NCBI GenBank assembly: GCA_031555175.1
Contig: JAVBUP010000003.1
Span: 1 to 31,357, forward strand
Direction: 5' to 3'
Length of the DNA: 31,357 bases
Source: Coprobacillaceae bacterium
Lineage (GTDB): Bacteria > Bacillota_I > Bacilli_A > Erysipelotrichales > Coprobacillaceae
Part shown: in pieces, positions 18,755 through 28,470 of the stretch
How the letters are laid out: every line of letters starts with the position of its first letter
How positions within the stretch are numbered: position 1 is the stretch's first letter
Notes under the pieces: model-generated
The model's input: the letters and a program-made list of their open reading frames with translations, nothing else
What the model was told of the DNA's origin: nothing
Database searches by the model: none
Program-made: the position numbers and the translations under genes

Positions 18755-19606
18755 ATGAGAGAATATAAAGGTCATATGGCAAAAGTTAGACTAGATGAAG
18801 AAGAGATTATCTTAGGGGATGGTAAAAAAGAGATTCATTTCCCATACACTGACTTAGTCAATGTTGAGTTCAACAAACCATCAGGTGGGATGAATGGTAA
18901 TGTAAGAATCACATATAAAAATGGTATTTATGTCGCTAATTTTACTAAGAGAATGATTGATTCTTTTGAAGAATTATACAAAGTATTAGGCAATATTTTG
19001 ACTGAATTAGGTATAGATGTTGATAATGTGCCAATTAGAAATGATTTTACGCCAGCAGAAATGTTTAATTATAGTAAAATAAATGGATTTTGTGATGATA
19101 TAGAATATTCACATGATTTAGTAATTCAACATTTTGAATGTGTTAAAAAAGCAATAATGCCAGAGGAAAAAGTATTAATGTATTTTGTCGCTAAATTGCA
19201 TAAAAATAATGGCAAAAAAGATGGTAATTATGCTTTTGCAGTAACTGATACAAGATTGATAGGTGCGCAACAACAATTCTCAAAAGTAGTGTTAGATAGT
19301 TTCCAATTGGAAACAATTACAAAGTTGAGAGTTGAAACAAAAATTCTTAGTGATATTCTTTATATTGAAATGGATGATGAATTTTTAATGATTTCAGCTC
19401 ATTCAAAAACAATGAAAAATATTGTTGAGAAATTTAGTGAGATTGTTAATCAAGCCAAACAAGATGCGGCTAAATCAGAACGTCGTGGGTTTATAATAAG
19501 GGGTTCAGAGGCTGATGAAATTCTTAAATATAAGAATTTATATGATTCTGGAATAATTACTTTAGAAGAATTTGAAGCTAAGAAAAAGCAATTATTAGAT
19601 TTATAA
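18755..19606 (+). CDS. Tandem-paralogue 1: two PH-like (bacterial pleckstrin-like) domains + C-terminal SHOCT domain (283 aa)
   Basis: C-terminus ADEILKYKNLYDSGIITLEEFEAKKKQLL is a SHOCT motif. SD AGGAGG 6 nt before ATG 18755 (the track ORF starts earlier at 18695). Confidence 0.6.
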   Translation: MREYKGHMAKVRLDEEEIILGDGKKEIHFPYTDLVNVEFNKPSGGMNGNVRITYKNGIYVANFTKRMIDSFEELYKVLGNILTELGIDVDNVPIRNDFTPAEMFNYSKINGFCDDIEYSHDLVIQHFECVKKAIMPEEKVLMYFVAKLHKNNGKKDGNYAFAVTDTRLIGAQQQFSKVVLDSFQLETITKLRVETKILSDILYIEMDDEFLMISAHSKTMKNIVEKFSEIVNQAKQDAAKSERRGFIIRGSEADEILKYKNLYDSGIITLEEFEAKKKQLLDL

Positions 19607-19617
19607 AGGAGAAACTC

Positions 19618-20049
19618 ATGAAAGAATATAAAGGTTGGATGGGAAAAGTTATTCTAGATGAAGTTAGTTTCGTTGTAGAACGCTCTGGAAAAAATCACGT
19701 TTTTTGCACATATGAAGATTTATATAGTGTAGAAATTAAAAAAGCAAAAATTGTTGCAAATGGTTATATAAGAATAATTACCAGGGCAGGTAAATATGAT
19801 GTATATTATACAGTTGGAATGCAAGATTTATTTAATGAATTATTCAGAGTCCTGAATGGTATTATTTCAGAAACCAAAAGAATAAATAAGGAAAACAAAA
19901 TGGCGCAAGTTGCTCAAGAAGTGGCGCCAAAGGTAGTTTCGCAAAGTTCAATAGCAGATGAATTACTCAAGTTTAAGCAATTATATGATGCTGGAGTAAT
20001 TACATTACAGGAATTCGAAGATATGAAAAGACAATTGTTAAGATCTTAG
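19618..20049 (+). CDS. Tandem-paralogue 2: PH-like domain + SHOCT domain (143 aa)
   Basis: Shares MKEYKGWMGKV...N-terminus and ADELLKFKQLYDAGVITLQEFEDMKRQLL C-terminus with its neighbours. Confidence 0.6.
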   Translation: MKEYKGWMGKVILDEVSFVVERSGKNHVFCTYEDLYSVEIKKAKIVANGYIRIITRAGKYDVYYTVGMQDLFNELFRVLNGIISETKRINKENKMAQVAQEVAPKVVSQSSIADELLKFKQLYDAGVITLQEFEDMKRQLLRS

Positions 20050-20059
20050 GGAGAAACTT

Positions 20060-20482
20060 ATGAAAGAATATAAAGGCTGGCTGAGTAGTGTTGTCTTAGA
20101 AGAAGATGAAGTAATTGTTAATTTGAAAGGTAAAAAAGAAGTTAGATTTCCTTATGATGATCTTATCAAAGTATCTAACAATCCTCCAACACTAGCTCAA
20201 AACGGCTATATAGTAATGGAGACTAAGTCTGGAAGTTGTGCAGTAGTTTATACTAAAAAAATGAGAGCAAAATTCGATGAACTCTTTGATATATTTAATA
20301 ATATTATAAGTCAAATTACTGAAATGAGTAAAGATAGTGATCAATTCATTGAGGTAGTAACTACTGAAACAATTTTCCATGGTTCAGTAGCAGATGAATT
20401 ATTAAAATTCAAACAACTATATGATGCAGGAGTAATTAGTTTAGAAGAGTTTGAGAAACAGAAAAAACAATTATTAGGGTAG
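20060..20482 (+). CDS. Tandem-paralogue 3: PH-like domain + SHOCT domain (140 aa)
   Basis: Same architecture. C-terminus ADELLKFKQLYDAGVISLEEFEKQKKQLL. Confidence 0.6.
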   Translation: MKEYKGWLSSVVLEEDEVIVNLKGKKEVRFPYDDLIKVSNNPPTLAQNGYIVMETKSGSCAVVYTKKMRAKFDELFDIFNNIISQITEMSKDSDQFIEVVTTETIFHGSVADELLKFKQLYDAGVISLEEFEKQKKQLLG

Positions 20483-20560
20483 ATAGTATATATTTTTGTA
20501 AGCTATCAGCAGTATAAAAGTAAAAAATATTAAATTATAATAAATATGAGGGAGATAACT

Positions 20561-20926
20561 ATGAACGAAGTAAAATGTCCAAGTTGTGGTGCAGTATTAG
20601 AAAATGGTAAGTGTGAGTATTGTGGGTATACAAATGGGGTAGAAAATATTCCAGGAAAAGAAAAAAAGGCTTTCAAATTTAATGATGATTTTCAAGCCTC
20701 TATTAATATTGACCCTGATTTTAATCAAAGATATAATCAACCAGCTAAAAGCTTAGGTGTAGCGTTAATTCTTTGTGCCTTATTTGGGCCATTTGGGATT
20801 CATTATATATATGTAGGAAGAATTGGTATGTTTTTACTATATTTCTTTACTGCAGGATTATTTGGATTTGGTTGGATATTTGACATAATTAGAATGATTG
20901 TTGGGAAATTTCCGGGGGTGAAATAA
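20561..20926 (+). CDS. Zinc-ribbon + TM2-domain membrane protein (YdjG/YdjH-like context)
   Basis: CPSCG...CEYCG ribbon, then two TM helices with a TM2-like pattern (FGIHYIYVGR...GWIFDII). SD GAGGGAG before ATG 20561. Confidence 0.55.
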   Translation: MNEVKCPSCGAVLENGKCEYCGYTNGVENIPGKEKKAFKFNDDFQASINIDPDFNQRYNQPAKSLGVALILCALFGPFGIHYIYVGRIGMFLLYFFTAGLFGFGWIFDIIRMIVGKFPGVK

Positions 20927-20927
20927 T

Positions 20928-21977
20928 ATGGCTGGTTCATTCAGTATTAGAAATCAATTTTTAGATGTTGTTGAGTGGCTTGATAATAAAGAGAGCCGAA
21001 TAGTCTATAAATATCAGCGAAGTGTAAGTAACAATGAAATGAAAGTTGGGTCTACACTTGTTGTTAGAGAGAGTCAAGTAGCAATTTTTATTAAGAATGG
21101 TCAATTTGCTGATGTATTTAGTCCTGGATCATATGAATTAAATACAGATAGCTTACCAATTCTTTCAACTTTAAAAGCATGGAAATTTGGATTTAAATCT
21201 CCAATTATATCTGATTTGTATTTTGTTAACACAAAACAGTTTATTGATATAAAATGGGGAACTAAAAACCCTATCCCATTAAGAGATAAGGATTTTGGTA
21301 TTGTTAGAGTAAGAGCTTTTGGAACATTCTCATTTAAAGTAGTAGAACCATTAGTATTTTTAAGAGAAATATTTGGAACAAATAGGTCTTATGATATTGA
21401 TTCGATTAATGAGTTTTTAAAGAGTATTATTATTACTAAATTTTCAGATGCTGTTGCAGAAACTAGTGTACCAGTAATTGATTTAGCGACTCAATATAAT
21501 GAGCTTGGCAAAGTAATAATAGATGATGTTAATGAAGAATGTAAAACATTTGGTGTTGAATTACAAAGATTTAATGTAGAAAATATTTCATTGCCAGATC
21601 ATGTAGAAAAATTAATTGATGAAAAAACTGGTATGAATATTGTGGCTGATGACATGGATCAATATCGTCAATATCAAACTGTTGGTGCACTTCGTGATGC
21701 TGCTAAGAACCAACAAGGAGTTGGGTTGATGGGGGCTGGAGTTGGGTTTGGATTCACTAAGATGATGAATGAATCGATGAGAGAAACTGATATATCTACT
21801 AAAACAGTAGTTAAAATCAAATGTTTGTCATGTGGAACTTTATGTGATGAAAAAGCTAAGTTCTGTCCAGAATGTGGAAACTCAATGCTTACAAAAAAGA
21901 AATGCCCTAAATGCAATTCGGAATATGAAGGCAATCCAAAATTCTGCCCAGAGTGTGGAAATAAGTTTGAAGGTTAA
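20928..21977 (+). CDS. SPFH/band-7 family protein with C-terminal triple zinc-ribbon (YdjI-like)
   Basis: N-terminal ~270 aa SPFH-like. C-terminus has CLSCG..CPECG, CPKC..CPECG ribbons. Start overlaps the upstream stop (ATAATATGG). Confidence 0.55.
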   Translation: MAGSFSIRNQFLDVVEWLDNKESRIVYKYQRSVSNNEMKVGSTLVVRESQVAIFIKNGQFADVFSPGSYELNTDSLPILSTLKAWKFGFKSPIISDLYFVNTKQFIDIKWGTKNPIPLRDKDFGIVRVRAFGTFSFKVVEPLVFLREIFGTNRSYDIDSINEFLKSIIITKFSDAVAETSVPVIDLATQYNELGKVIIDDVNEECKTFGVELQRFNVENISLPDHVEKLIDEKTGMNIVADDMDQYRQYQTVGALRDAAKNQQGVGLMGAGVGFGFTKMMNESMRETDISTKTVVKIKCLSCGTLCDEKAKFCPECGNSMLTKKKCPKCNSEYEGNPKFCPECGNKFEG

Positions 21978-21994
21978 ATGTATTATTAGTTTGA

Positions 21995-22017
21995 AAGATG
22001 GCAATGCCATCTTTTTG
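21995..22017. terminator. Bidirectional terminator between convergent genes (AAGATGGC-aat-GCCATCTT, flanked by A/T runs)
   Basis: 8-bp perfect stem, 3-nt loop, TTTTG downstream and A-rich upstream. Confidence 0.7.
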
Positions 22018-22056
22018 TATTAACGATTTAAAAATAAAAAATCTCTTAGAAAGAGA

Positions 22057-22731
22057 TTATTTGAAACTATAATACTTATCAGCTGCTTCAATGAACTTAT
22101 CAAATAATATTTTCATATTATCCATATTTTCTGGATGCCATTGTACTCCTAGACAGAAGTAGTTTGGATCATCATGTTCTACTGCTTCAATTAGTCCATC
22201 CTCACTATAACCAACGATATGCAAAGGACTTTCAACTCTAGAAATTGTATAGGAGTGGCGACTATTAACAGCCACTTTTGATCCTAATATTGAAGCTAAG
22301 AAAGAGTTGCGATTTAAATCAACCGTATGAGTAATATTTTTAAAATCATCAACGACTCTTATTTCTTCATTATGCTCAATATTAGTGTCTTTAATTGCGC
22401 TCATAATGCGATCAGCACTACATGCCATACATAATAATTGAAACCCTAAACATATCCCCAAAATTGGTATGTGTTTACTTAATGCATACTCCATTATGTC
22501 TTTATGACATGGTTTAACTTCATAACCTCCAGGGAATAACAAACCGTCACATAAGTCCAAAACATTTTTATCAAAATCCATATACTCTTCATTTGTGACT
22601 ATGGAGATTGGGGTTCCGCCCGAGTTTAATATAGCGTTGATACAATCATAGGTAACAATACTACCATCATTGCTAATATGATCAAGTATTTTTTGTTTAC
22701 GACTTATAATTCCAATTATAGGTTTCCTCAT
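22057..22731 (-). CDS. Class-I glutamine amidotransferase / peptidase C26 (gamma-glutamyl hydrolase-like)
   Basis: GICLGFQLL nucleophile-Cys motif and VQWHPE His/Glu motif. SD GGTGA on the minus strand. Confidence 0.75.
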   Translation of the reverse strand: MRKPIIGIISRKQKILDHISNDGSIVTYDCINAILNSGGTPISIVTNEEYMDFDKNVLDLCDGLLFPGGYEVKPCHKDIMEYALSKHIPILGICLGFQLLCMACSADRIMSAIKDTNIEHNEEIRVVDDFKNITHTVDLNRNSFLASILGSKVAVNSRHSYTISRVESPLHIVGYSEDGLIEAVEHDDPNYFCLGVQWHPENMDNMKILFDKFIEAADKYYSFK

Positions 22732-22829
22732 TCAATATCACCAACTTTTATTATAATTTAAATTGTGATAAAATTAAAGAGCTGTTTAGAAGTATTAATA
22801 TGTTTAATAATAAATGAAGGAGGTATAAC

Positions 22830-24668
22830 ATGAAGATAAAAACTAAATATCGATTAATAAAGTTATCGTTAGTATTTGCATGTATTATTTCTCCTTTTTA
22901 TATCATAAAGGTGCAAGCAGCTTCCTATGATGAAGCGATTTTTGAGGCTGCCTTAACGCAACAAGGATTTCCAGAAAGTTATAAACCATATTTGAGAGCG
23001 TTGAAAGAAGCTCATCCAAGCTGGAATTTTGTGGCTTTTCAAACCAACTTAGATTGGAGTACAGTTTTAGATAATGAAGCAGTAACTGGTAGATCACTAC
23101 TATCTGGTAAAGCTAAATCTTGGTATTCAACTTCAACTGGTGACTATACTTGGGCAACTGATACATATACACCACGTGATGGGACAACATGGTTCCAAGC
23201 GTCACGAGCTGCAGTAGCATATTATATTGATCCTCGTAATTGGTTGAGTGAGAAAAGTATTTTCCAATTTGAGAGCTTATCATACGTAGATGGTAAACAT
23301 ACAGCTGCAGGTGTAGATGCAATAATTTCTGGAACATTTATGGCTGGTGCATCCTATAGTTATTTAGAGGAAACGCCTATTACCACTTCATTCACTGATA
23401 CAATAATGGCTGCTGCTCGTTATTCAATGGTTAGTCCATATCATATTGCAAGTAGAATCCGTCAAGAAATTGGCGTAACAGCTAGTAAGTCGGTATCTGG
23501 TGATTTAAATGGTTGCGAAGGATATTATAACTTCTTTAATATTGGTGCAACTCCTGGAGTAAATACAAGTGCATGTGGGTATCAGGCAGGAGTAGTAGAC
23601 AATTATGTTAGTATTCGTAATGGTTTAACCTATGCGAAATCTACAAGTTCTACAACCCAATACCTATTACCTTGGAATAATCAGTATAAAGCAATTTTAG
23701 GTGGGTCCTATTACATTGGGCTAAACTATATCAATGCTGGCCAAAATACATTATATTTAGAGAAATTTGATGTTGATAGTACAAAAAATGGGTTGTATTG
23801 GCATCAATATATGACAAATTTGAATGCACCTGATGCTGAAGCACAAAAAATATATACAGCTTATAATACATATGGTCTGCTAAATTCGGAGATGACATTT
23901 ATAATTCCAGTTTATAAGAATATGACTGCAGCAGCATCGCCTAAGCCAATTGATGCTGGTAGCCCTAATAACTGGTTAAAATCACTAACAGTAACGGGCT
24001 ACAATATAACACCAACTTTTGATTTGAATACGAACTCAGTTGGTCCATATAGTTTAATAGTCGACAACAGCGTTACATCAGTTACTATAAATGCAGAAAA
24101 GGTAAGTAGCACAGCTTCACTAGTTGGAACAGGTGTTAAGAATTTAGAAGTTGGGGAGAATAGATTCAGTATAGATGTAACTGCTGAAAATGGTGAGAAG
24201 CGGACTTATGTTGTAAATATTGTTCGTGAATCAGCGCAAAGTGCAAGCCTTAAGGACAACCCATATTTAAATGAAAATATGTCAATGACAAGAATGGCTG
24301 TTGGTACAACTATAAGTCAAGCCATAACTAATCTTAAAGTAAATAATCCTACTGCTTCGATCGTGTTTAAAGATACAACTGGTAAAACAGTAGATGATGC
24401 GGATGTAATTAAAACTGGGATGACAGTATCAATCACACTTGATGGTAAAACATCAGATTATACAGTAGTAGTTTATGGTGATGTGACAGGAGATGGTCAA
24501 ATCAATGTTCTTGATTTGTTAGCAATTCAAAAGCATATTCTCAATTTGAATTTAAAGACAGATTATTATAAGATAGCCTGTGATGCAAATAAAAATGGTG
24601 AAGTCAATGTTCTTGATTTATTATTAGTGCAGAAACACATTCTTGGTTTATCAACCATCTCTCAATAG
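22830..24668 (+). CDS. Secreted GH73-like peptidoglycan glucosaminidase with a cadherin-like beta-sandwich domain and C-terminal type-I dockerin
   Basis: Signal peptide ending VQA/AS. GH73-like block IASRIRQEIG...YYNFFNIGA. Cadherin-like LKSLTVTGYNITPTF. Dockerin repeats DVTGDGQINVLDLLAIQKHIL / DANKNGEVNVLDLLLVQKHIL (24481-24665). Confidence 0.6.
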   Translation: MKIKTKYRLIKLSLVFACIISPFYIIKVQAASYDEAIFEAALTQQGFPESYKPYLRALKEAHPSWNFVAFQTNLDWSTVLDNEAVTGRSLLSGKAKSWYSTSTGDYTWATDTYTPRDGTTWFQASRAAVAYYIDPRNWLSEKSIFQFESLSYVDGKHTAAGVDAIISGTFMAGASYSYLEETPITTSFTDTIMAAARYSMVSPYHIASRIRQEIGVTASKSVSGDLNGCEGYYNFFNIGATPGVNTSACGYQAGVVDNYVSIRNGLTYAKSTSSTTQYLLPWNNQYKAILGGSYYIGLNYINAGQNTLYLEKFDVDSTKNGLYWHQYMTNLNAPDAEAQKIYTAYNTYGLLNSEMTFIIPVYKNMTAAASPKPIDAGSPNNWLKSLTVTGYNITPTFDLNTNSVGPYSLIVDNSVTSVTINAEKVSSTASLVGTGVKNLEVGENRFSIDVTAENGEKRTYVVNIVRESAQSASLKDNPYLNENMSMTRMAVGTTISQAITNLKVNNPTASIVFKDTTGKTVDDADVIKTGMTVSITLDGKTSDYTVVVYGDVTGDGQINVLDLLAIQKHILNLNLKTDYYKIACDANKNGEVNVLDLLLVQKHILGLSTISQ

Positions 24669-24680
24669 GAGGAAAAAGCA

Positions 24681-26081
24681 ATGAAAAAAATAATTATGAT
24701 ATTATCAATGTTGACAATCTTCATGATAAATCCACTGCAAGCTCACGCGGCTACCGCTAGTATTGCATTAGCTTCAACAGCTAGCAGTGTGGTTGTTGGC
24801 AATAACGCTTCAGTTAAAGTAACTTTAAATTCAAGTGAAGTGATTGGTGCTGCACAATTCAATGTTAGTTACGATACAAGTAAGTTGGATTTTATATCTG
24901 TAGATGGGGCTGGAGCTGGAGCCACTGGAGGATCTGGGATTGTCAGCTTTGCAGTAGTTTATGATAATACTGCTAAGAAAACTATGACATTTACTATTAA
25001 TTTCAAAACTAAAGCCGTTGGATCTACAGCGGTGACTATTAATACATCTGGAGTAGTTTTTGCTGATGAAAACTTTAATGAGATTACGCCAACGCTTACT
25101 AACACAAATATCAATGTTGTTGCTGCTCCAACGGCATCAACAAATAACAATTTAAAATCATTAACGATATCGCCAGGTAGTATTTCACCTGCATTTAATA
25201 AAAATACCACTAGTTATACTGCTAGTGTAAACTATGACGTTAATGCTTTAGTTGTAAGTGCTGTAGCTGAGGATAGCAAAGCAAAAGTTGCTGTCTCTGG
25301 GCATAATGCGTTAAAAGAAGGAAAGAATACAATAACTATTGTAGTCACAGCAGAATCTGGGGCGAAGAAAACTTATACATTGGTAGTCACTAAAGCAGTT
25401 AATCCTAACCCACCAATTGTGGAACCAGAACCAACAGATGTTACTGTCACAATTAATGATAGTTTATATACAGTTGTAGTTAATGCAAATGAAATAGTTG
25501 CTCCTAAAGGATATTCATTCTCGACAGTAGTAATTAATGATCAAGAAGTATTATCTTTAAAAAATGATTTATCAGAAGTAATGTTAGTTTATTTAAAGGA
25601 TGAGCAGGGATCAAAATCATTTTATATTTATGATCAAGTAAATGTAACATTCAATCAAATATTGTTTGTATCGAATACTACAAATCAATATTTGATAATT
25701 ACACCAAATATAGATAAAGTTCCAAAAGGATATAAAGAAGCTTCTATCACTATTAACGATACTGATGTAACAGTATATCGTGCAAACGATGATGATGAAA
25801 TGGTACTTGTGTATGCCTTAAACCCTAGTGGTGAAGAAGGTATTTATCAATATGATATAGTAGAAAATACTTATCAAAGATATATTGCTACTAAAACTAC
25901 TAGTGATAATAGCTATAATATTATTACATATGTAGTTGGAGCTATAGCAATAGCGGGCTTAATCGGCTTTGTAGTTTTCCAAGAAAATCAAATCCATAAG
26001 TATAAGGAATTACTAAAAAGAATTAAAACTAGACAAGATAGAGAAGAAGAATTTAATAATGTAGATAGCACCAATGATTAA
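24681..26081 (+). CDS. Membrane-anchored cohesin-domain protein (mini-scaffoldin-like) with cadherin-like beta-sandwich domains and a C-terminal TM anchor
   Basis: Signal peptide (AHA/AT). Cohesin-like block SVVVGNNASVKVTLNSSEVIGAAQFNVSYDTSKLDFISV (~24753-25131). Cadherin-like LKSLTISPGSISPAFNKNTTSYTASV. C-terminal TM helix then charged tail. Confidence 0.6.
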   Translation: MKKIIMILSMLTIFMINPLQAHAATASIALASTASSVVVGNNASVKVTLNSSEVIGAAQFNVSYDTSKLDFISVDGAGAGATGGSGIVSFAVVYDNTAKKTMTFTINFKTKAVGSTAVTINTSGVVFADENFNEITPTLTNTNINVVAAPTASTNNNLKSLTISPGSISPAFNKNTTSYTASVNYDVNALVVSAVAEDSKAKVAVSGHNALKEGKNTITIVVTAESGAKKTYTLVVTKAVNPNPPIVEPEPTDVTVTINDSLYTVVVNANEIVAPKGYSFSTVVINDQEVLSLKNDLSEVMLVYLKDEQGSKSFYIYDQVNVTFNQILFVSNTTNQYLIITPNIDKVPKGYKEASITINDTDVTVYRANDDDEMVLVYALNPSGEEGIYQYDIVENTYQRYIATKTTSDNSYNIITYVVGAIAIAGLIGFVVFQENQIHKYKELLKRIKTRQDREEEFNNVDSTND

Positions 26082-26123
26082 AAAATAAACTGTATTATCT
26101 ACATAATGGTAATTTAAAATTGA

Positions 26124-26160
26124 AAGTCATATCGAATATTTTAACGATATGACTTTTTAA
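26124..26160. terminator. Bidirectional terminator (11-bp perfect stem AAGTCATATCG / CGATATGACTT) between convergent genes
   Basis: Perfect inverted repeat, 9-nt loop, TTTAA after and A-run before. Confidence 0.7.
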
Positions 26161-26180
26161 TATAGATATTGAGTAATATA

Positions 26181-27110
26181 CTAAATAATTAAGCATATTA
26201 CAGTAAATATTCCTGATAGTATGGCATGCATAGTTCTAAATAATAGATAATTATTATGCTTAATTTCTATATCTTCGAGTATGTTAAACACCTGTAACTG
26301 AACGCATATTCCAGAGAATGATACAAAGAAAGCAAGTAATGGTAATAGATATTGGTCTATTGCTATTATTTGTGTCAATTTGATTGTGCCACTACTAAAT
26401 TCTAATAAAGAATGGATCATTACTAATAATAATTCTGAATTGATAGCCTGGCTTATCGCCTGTATGAATAAGTTAAAGATGATTATAAAACCACTTACAA
26501 ATAGTAATGTGGTAAAAGATGAAACGATACTGTCCTTTAATAATTTAATAATTTTAATTTTTCTAAAATCTCTTTTAAAAGAGATTTTTGCTTCTTCGAT
26601 AGAAATATACTTGCAGTTTCTCTTTCGAGTAAATAAAGCGAATATTATGTTCGGTAAAAAATGGGCAAGTAATAGTATTCTAAAATTATTTGGATCTTGT
26701 TTTGATAGTGTGTTATATAGAAATGAGATAGAAGCAAAACTAGAGATGCAGATCAATCGATTTACTTCTTCTACTGTGATGTTGTGTTCATCGTAATTGT
26801 CCTTAATTAGTTTTGCGAACCCTGGAAATCCTGTGAACATTGATAGTATGAAAACATAACCAGCTTGACCAGACATTCCAAATATAGGTATTAAAAGAAA
26901 TTGTAATATATAGGCAACTATATGTACGATTCCTGTTTTAGTTAGAATGTATGTTAATATCATAAATGGTAGCAAAGAGGGAATAATTTGGCTAAATATA
27001 GTATTTAGTGATAATGATACAGCCAAGAATATATCTTGCATGTGTGTTAAGGCATATATAAAGCTAAAACAAGACATAAAAATAAATATGAAGTTTAAAG
27101 TCTTTTTCAT
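26181..27110 (-). CDS. Polytopic membrane protein, possibly nucleoside-recognition (Gate) domain / YlbJ-like
   Basis: ~8 TM helices and two Gate-like glycine-rich segments. Start set at ATG 27110 with SD AGGTGA (the track ORF extends to 27182). Confidence 0.35.
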   Translation of the reverse strand: MKKTLNFIFIFMSCFSFIYALTHMQDIFLAVSLSLNTIFSQIIPSLLPFMILTYILTKTGIVHIVAYILQFLLIPIFGMSGQAGYVFILSMFTGFPGFAKLIKDNYDEHNITVEEVNRLICISSFASISFLYNTLSKQDPNNFRILLLAHFLPNIIFALFTRKRNCKYISIEEAKISFKRDFRKIKIIKLLKDSIVSSFTTLLFVSGFIIIFNLFIQAISQAINSELLLVMIHSLLEFSSGTIKLTQIIAIDQYLLPLLAFFVSFSGICVQLQVFNILEDIEIKHNNYLLFRTMHAILSGIFTVICLII

Positions 27111-27207
27111 TAAATCACCTACTATAACTATATGACCACAGTACATAATTATGCTTGTATCGACTATTGAGAGAGTGTACAATGAAAGTGAAAGATGGTG
27201 TTAATAT

Positions 27208-28470
27208 ATGAGTAAAAAAGCGTTACTAGTAGGCGTAGAGTATTATAAAATGAGTTATGATTTAAATAATTCTTTAGAAGAGTTAAAAATGTTAGCAGAA
27301 GCTAATGATATTGAAACTATTGCAACAATGTCACAAAAACTAAATTCGATCGATCCTAGATTTCATATTGGAGTTGGTAAGGTAGAAGAAGTATTAAATA
27401 CAGCTAAAGCATTGGAAGTAGATACGATTATTTTTAATGAAGAATTGACACCTTTACAATATAAAAACTTATATACTGCATTAGAAGATTATGAAGTTAT
27501 TGATAGAACAGTGTTAATTCTTAATATCTTTGAATCTCGTGCTAAAACGCGAGAAGCAAGATTACAAGTCAATATAGCTAAGCTAAAGTTTGAATTTCCT
27601 AGACTTGTTGGCGCATCAGAGAAGATGATAGGGCAGCAAGGTGGATCTGGATTTAGAGGGTCTGGTGAAAAGCAAATTGAAATAGACCGTCGTAATATTC
27701 GTGCTGAAATATCTAGACTTGATAAAGAACTAGAAGAAATGGTTAAACAACGTCAAACGCAACGTGCTAAGCGAAATAAATCTGGTATTAAAACAGTTGC
27801 GTTAGTAGGTTATACTAACTCTGGTAAGTCAACTTTAATGAATAGATTTTTATCATTATCGGCAAAAGAGGATAAGCAAGTACTCGCTAAAGATATGTTG
27901 TTTGCAACATTAGAAACTTCGACAAGGAAGATTGAACTAGATGATAAAAAGAAATTCTTATTAATAGATACTGTTGGTTTTGTTGATCTATTACCACATC
28001 ACTTAGTTAAAGCTTTTAGGTCAACTTTAGAAGAAGTAATAGAAGCTGATTTACTAGTACATGTTATAGATTGTACTAATGATAATTATCTTAAAAACGC
28101 TGAAGTAACAAATCAAGTACTTTCTGAACTAGGAGTAAAGGATACCCCAATGATTTATGCTTATAATAAGATAGATGCAATTCCTTCAAAGTCGTTTGCT
28201 GATATAATCGACTCAATTGAAATCTCAGCAAAAACTGGATATAATTTTGAAGAATTAATAAACTTAATTAAGTCTTACATTTTTAAAGACTATATAACAT
28301 GCGAATTCATTATTCCTTATTCAAAAGGAGACATAGTTTCGTTACTTAATGAAGATGGAAATATCTTAGAAAAGAGAGAGTTAGATAATGGAACTTACCT
28401 TAAATTAGAGTGTGATAAAGCAATTTTTAATAGATTTAAAGATTTTGAAGTAAAAACCAGCTTGAATTAG
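27208..28470 (+). CDS. hflX: GTPase HflX
   Basis: HflX N-domain plus G-domain (ALVGYTNSGKSTLMNRF; DTVGF; NKID), 420 aa. Confidence 0.9.
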   Translation: MSKKALLVGVEYYKMSYDLNNSLEELKMLAEANDIETIATMSQKLNSIDPRFHIGVGKVEEVLNTAKALEVDTIIFNEELTPLQYKNLYTALEDYEVIDRTVLILNIFESRAKTREARLQVNIAKLKFEFPRLVGASEKMIGQQGGSGFRGSGEKQIEIDRRNIRAEISRLDKELEEMVKQRQTQRAKRNKSGIKTVALVGYTNSGKSTLMNRFLSLSAKEDKQVLAKDMLFATLETSTRKIELDDKKKFLLIDTVGFVDLLPHHLVKAFRSTLEEVIEADLLVHVIDCTNDNYLKNAEVTNQVLSELGVKDTPMIYAYNKIDAIPSKSFADIIDSIEISAKTGYNFEELINLIKSYIFKDYITCEFIIPYSKGDIVSLLNEDGNILEKRELDNGTYLKLECDKAIFNRFKDFEVKTSLN

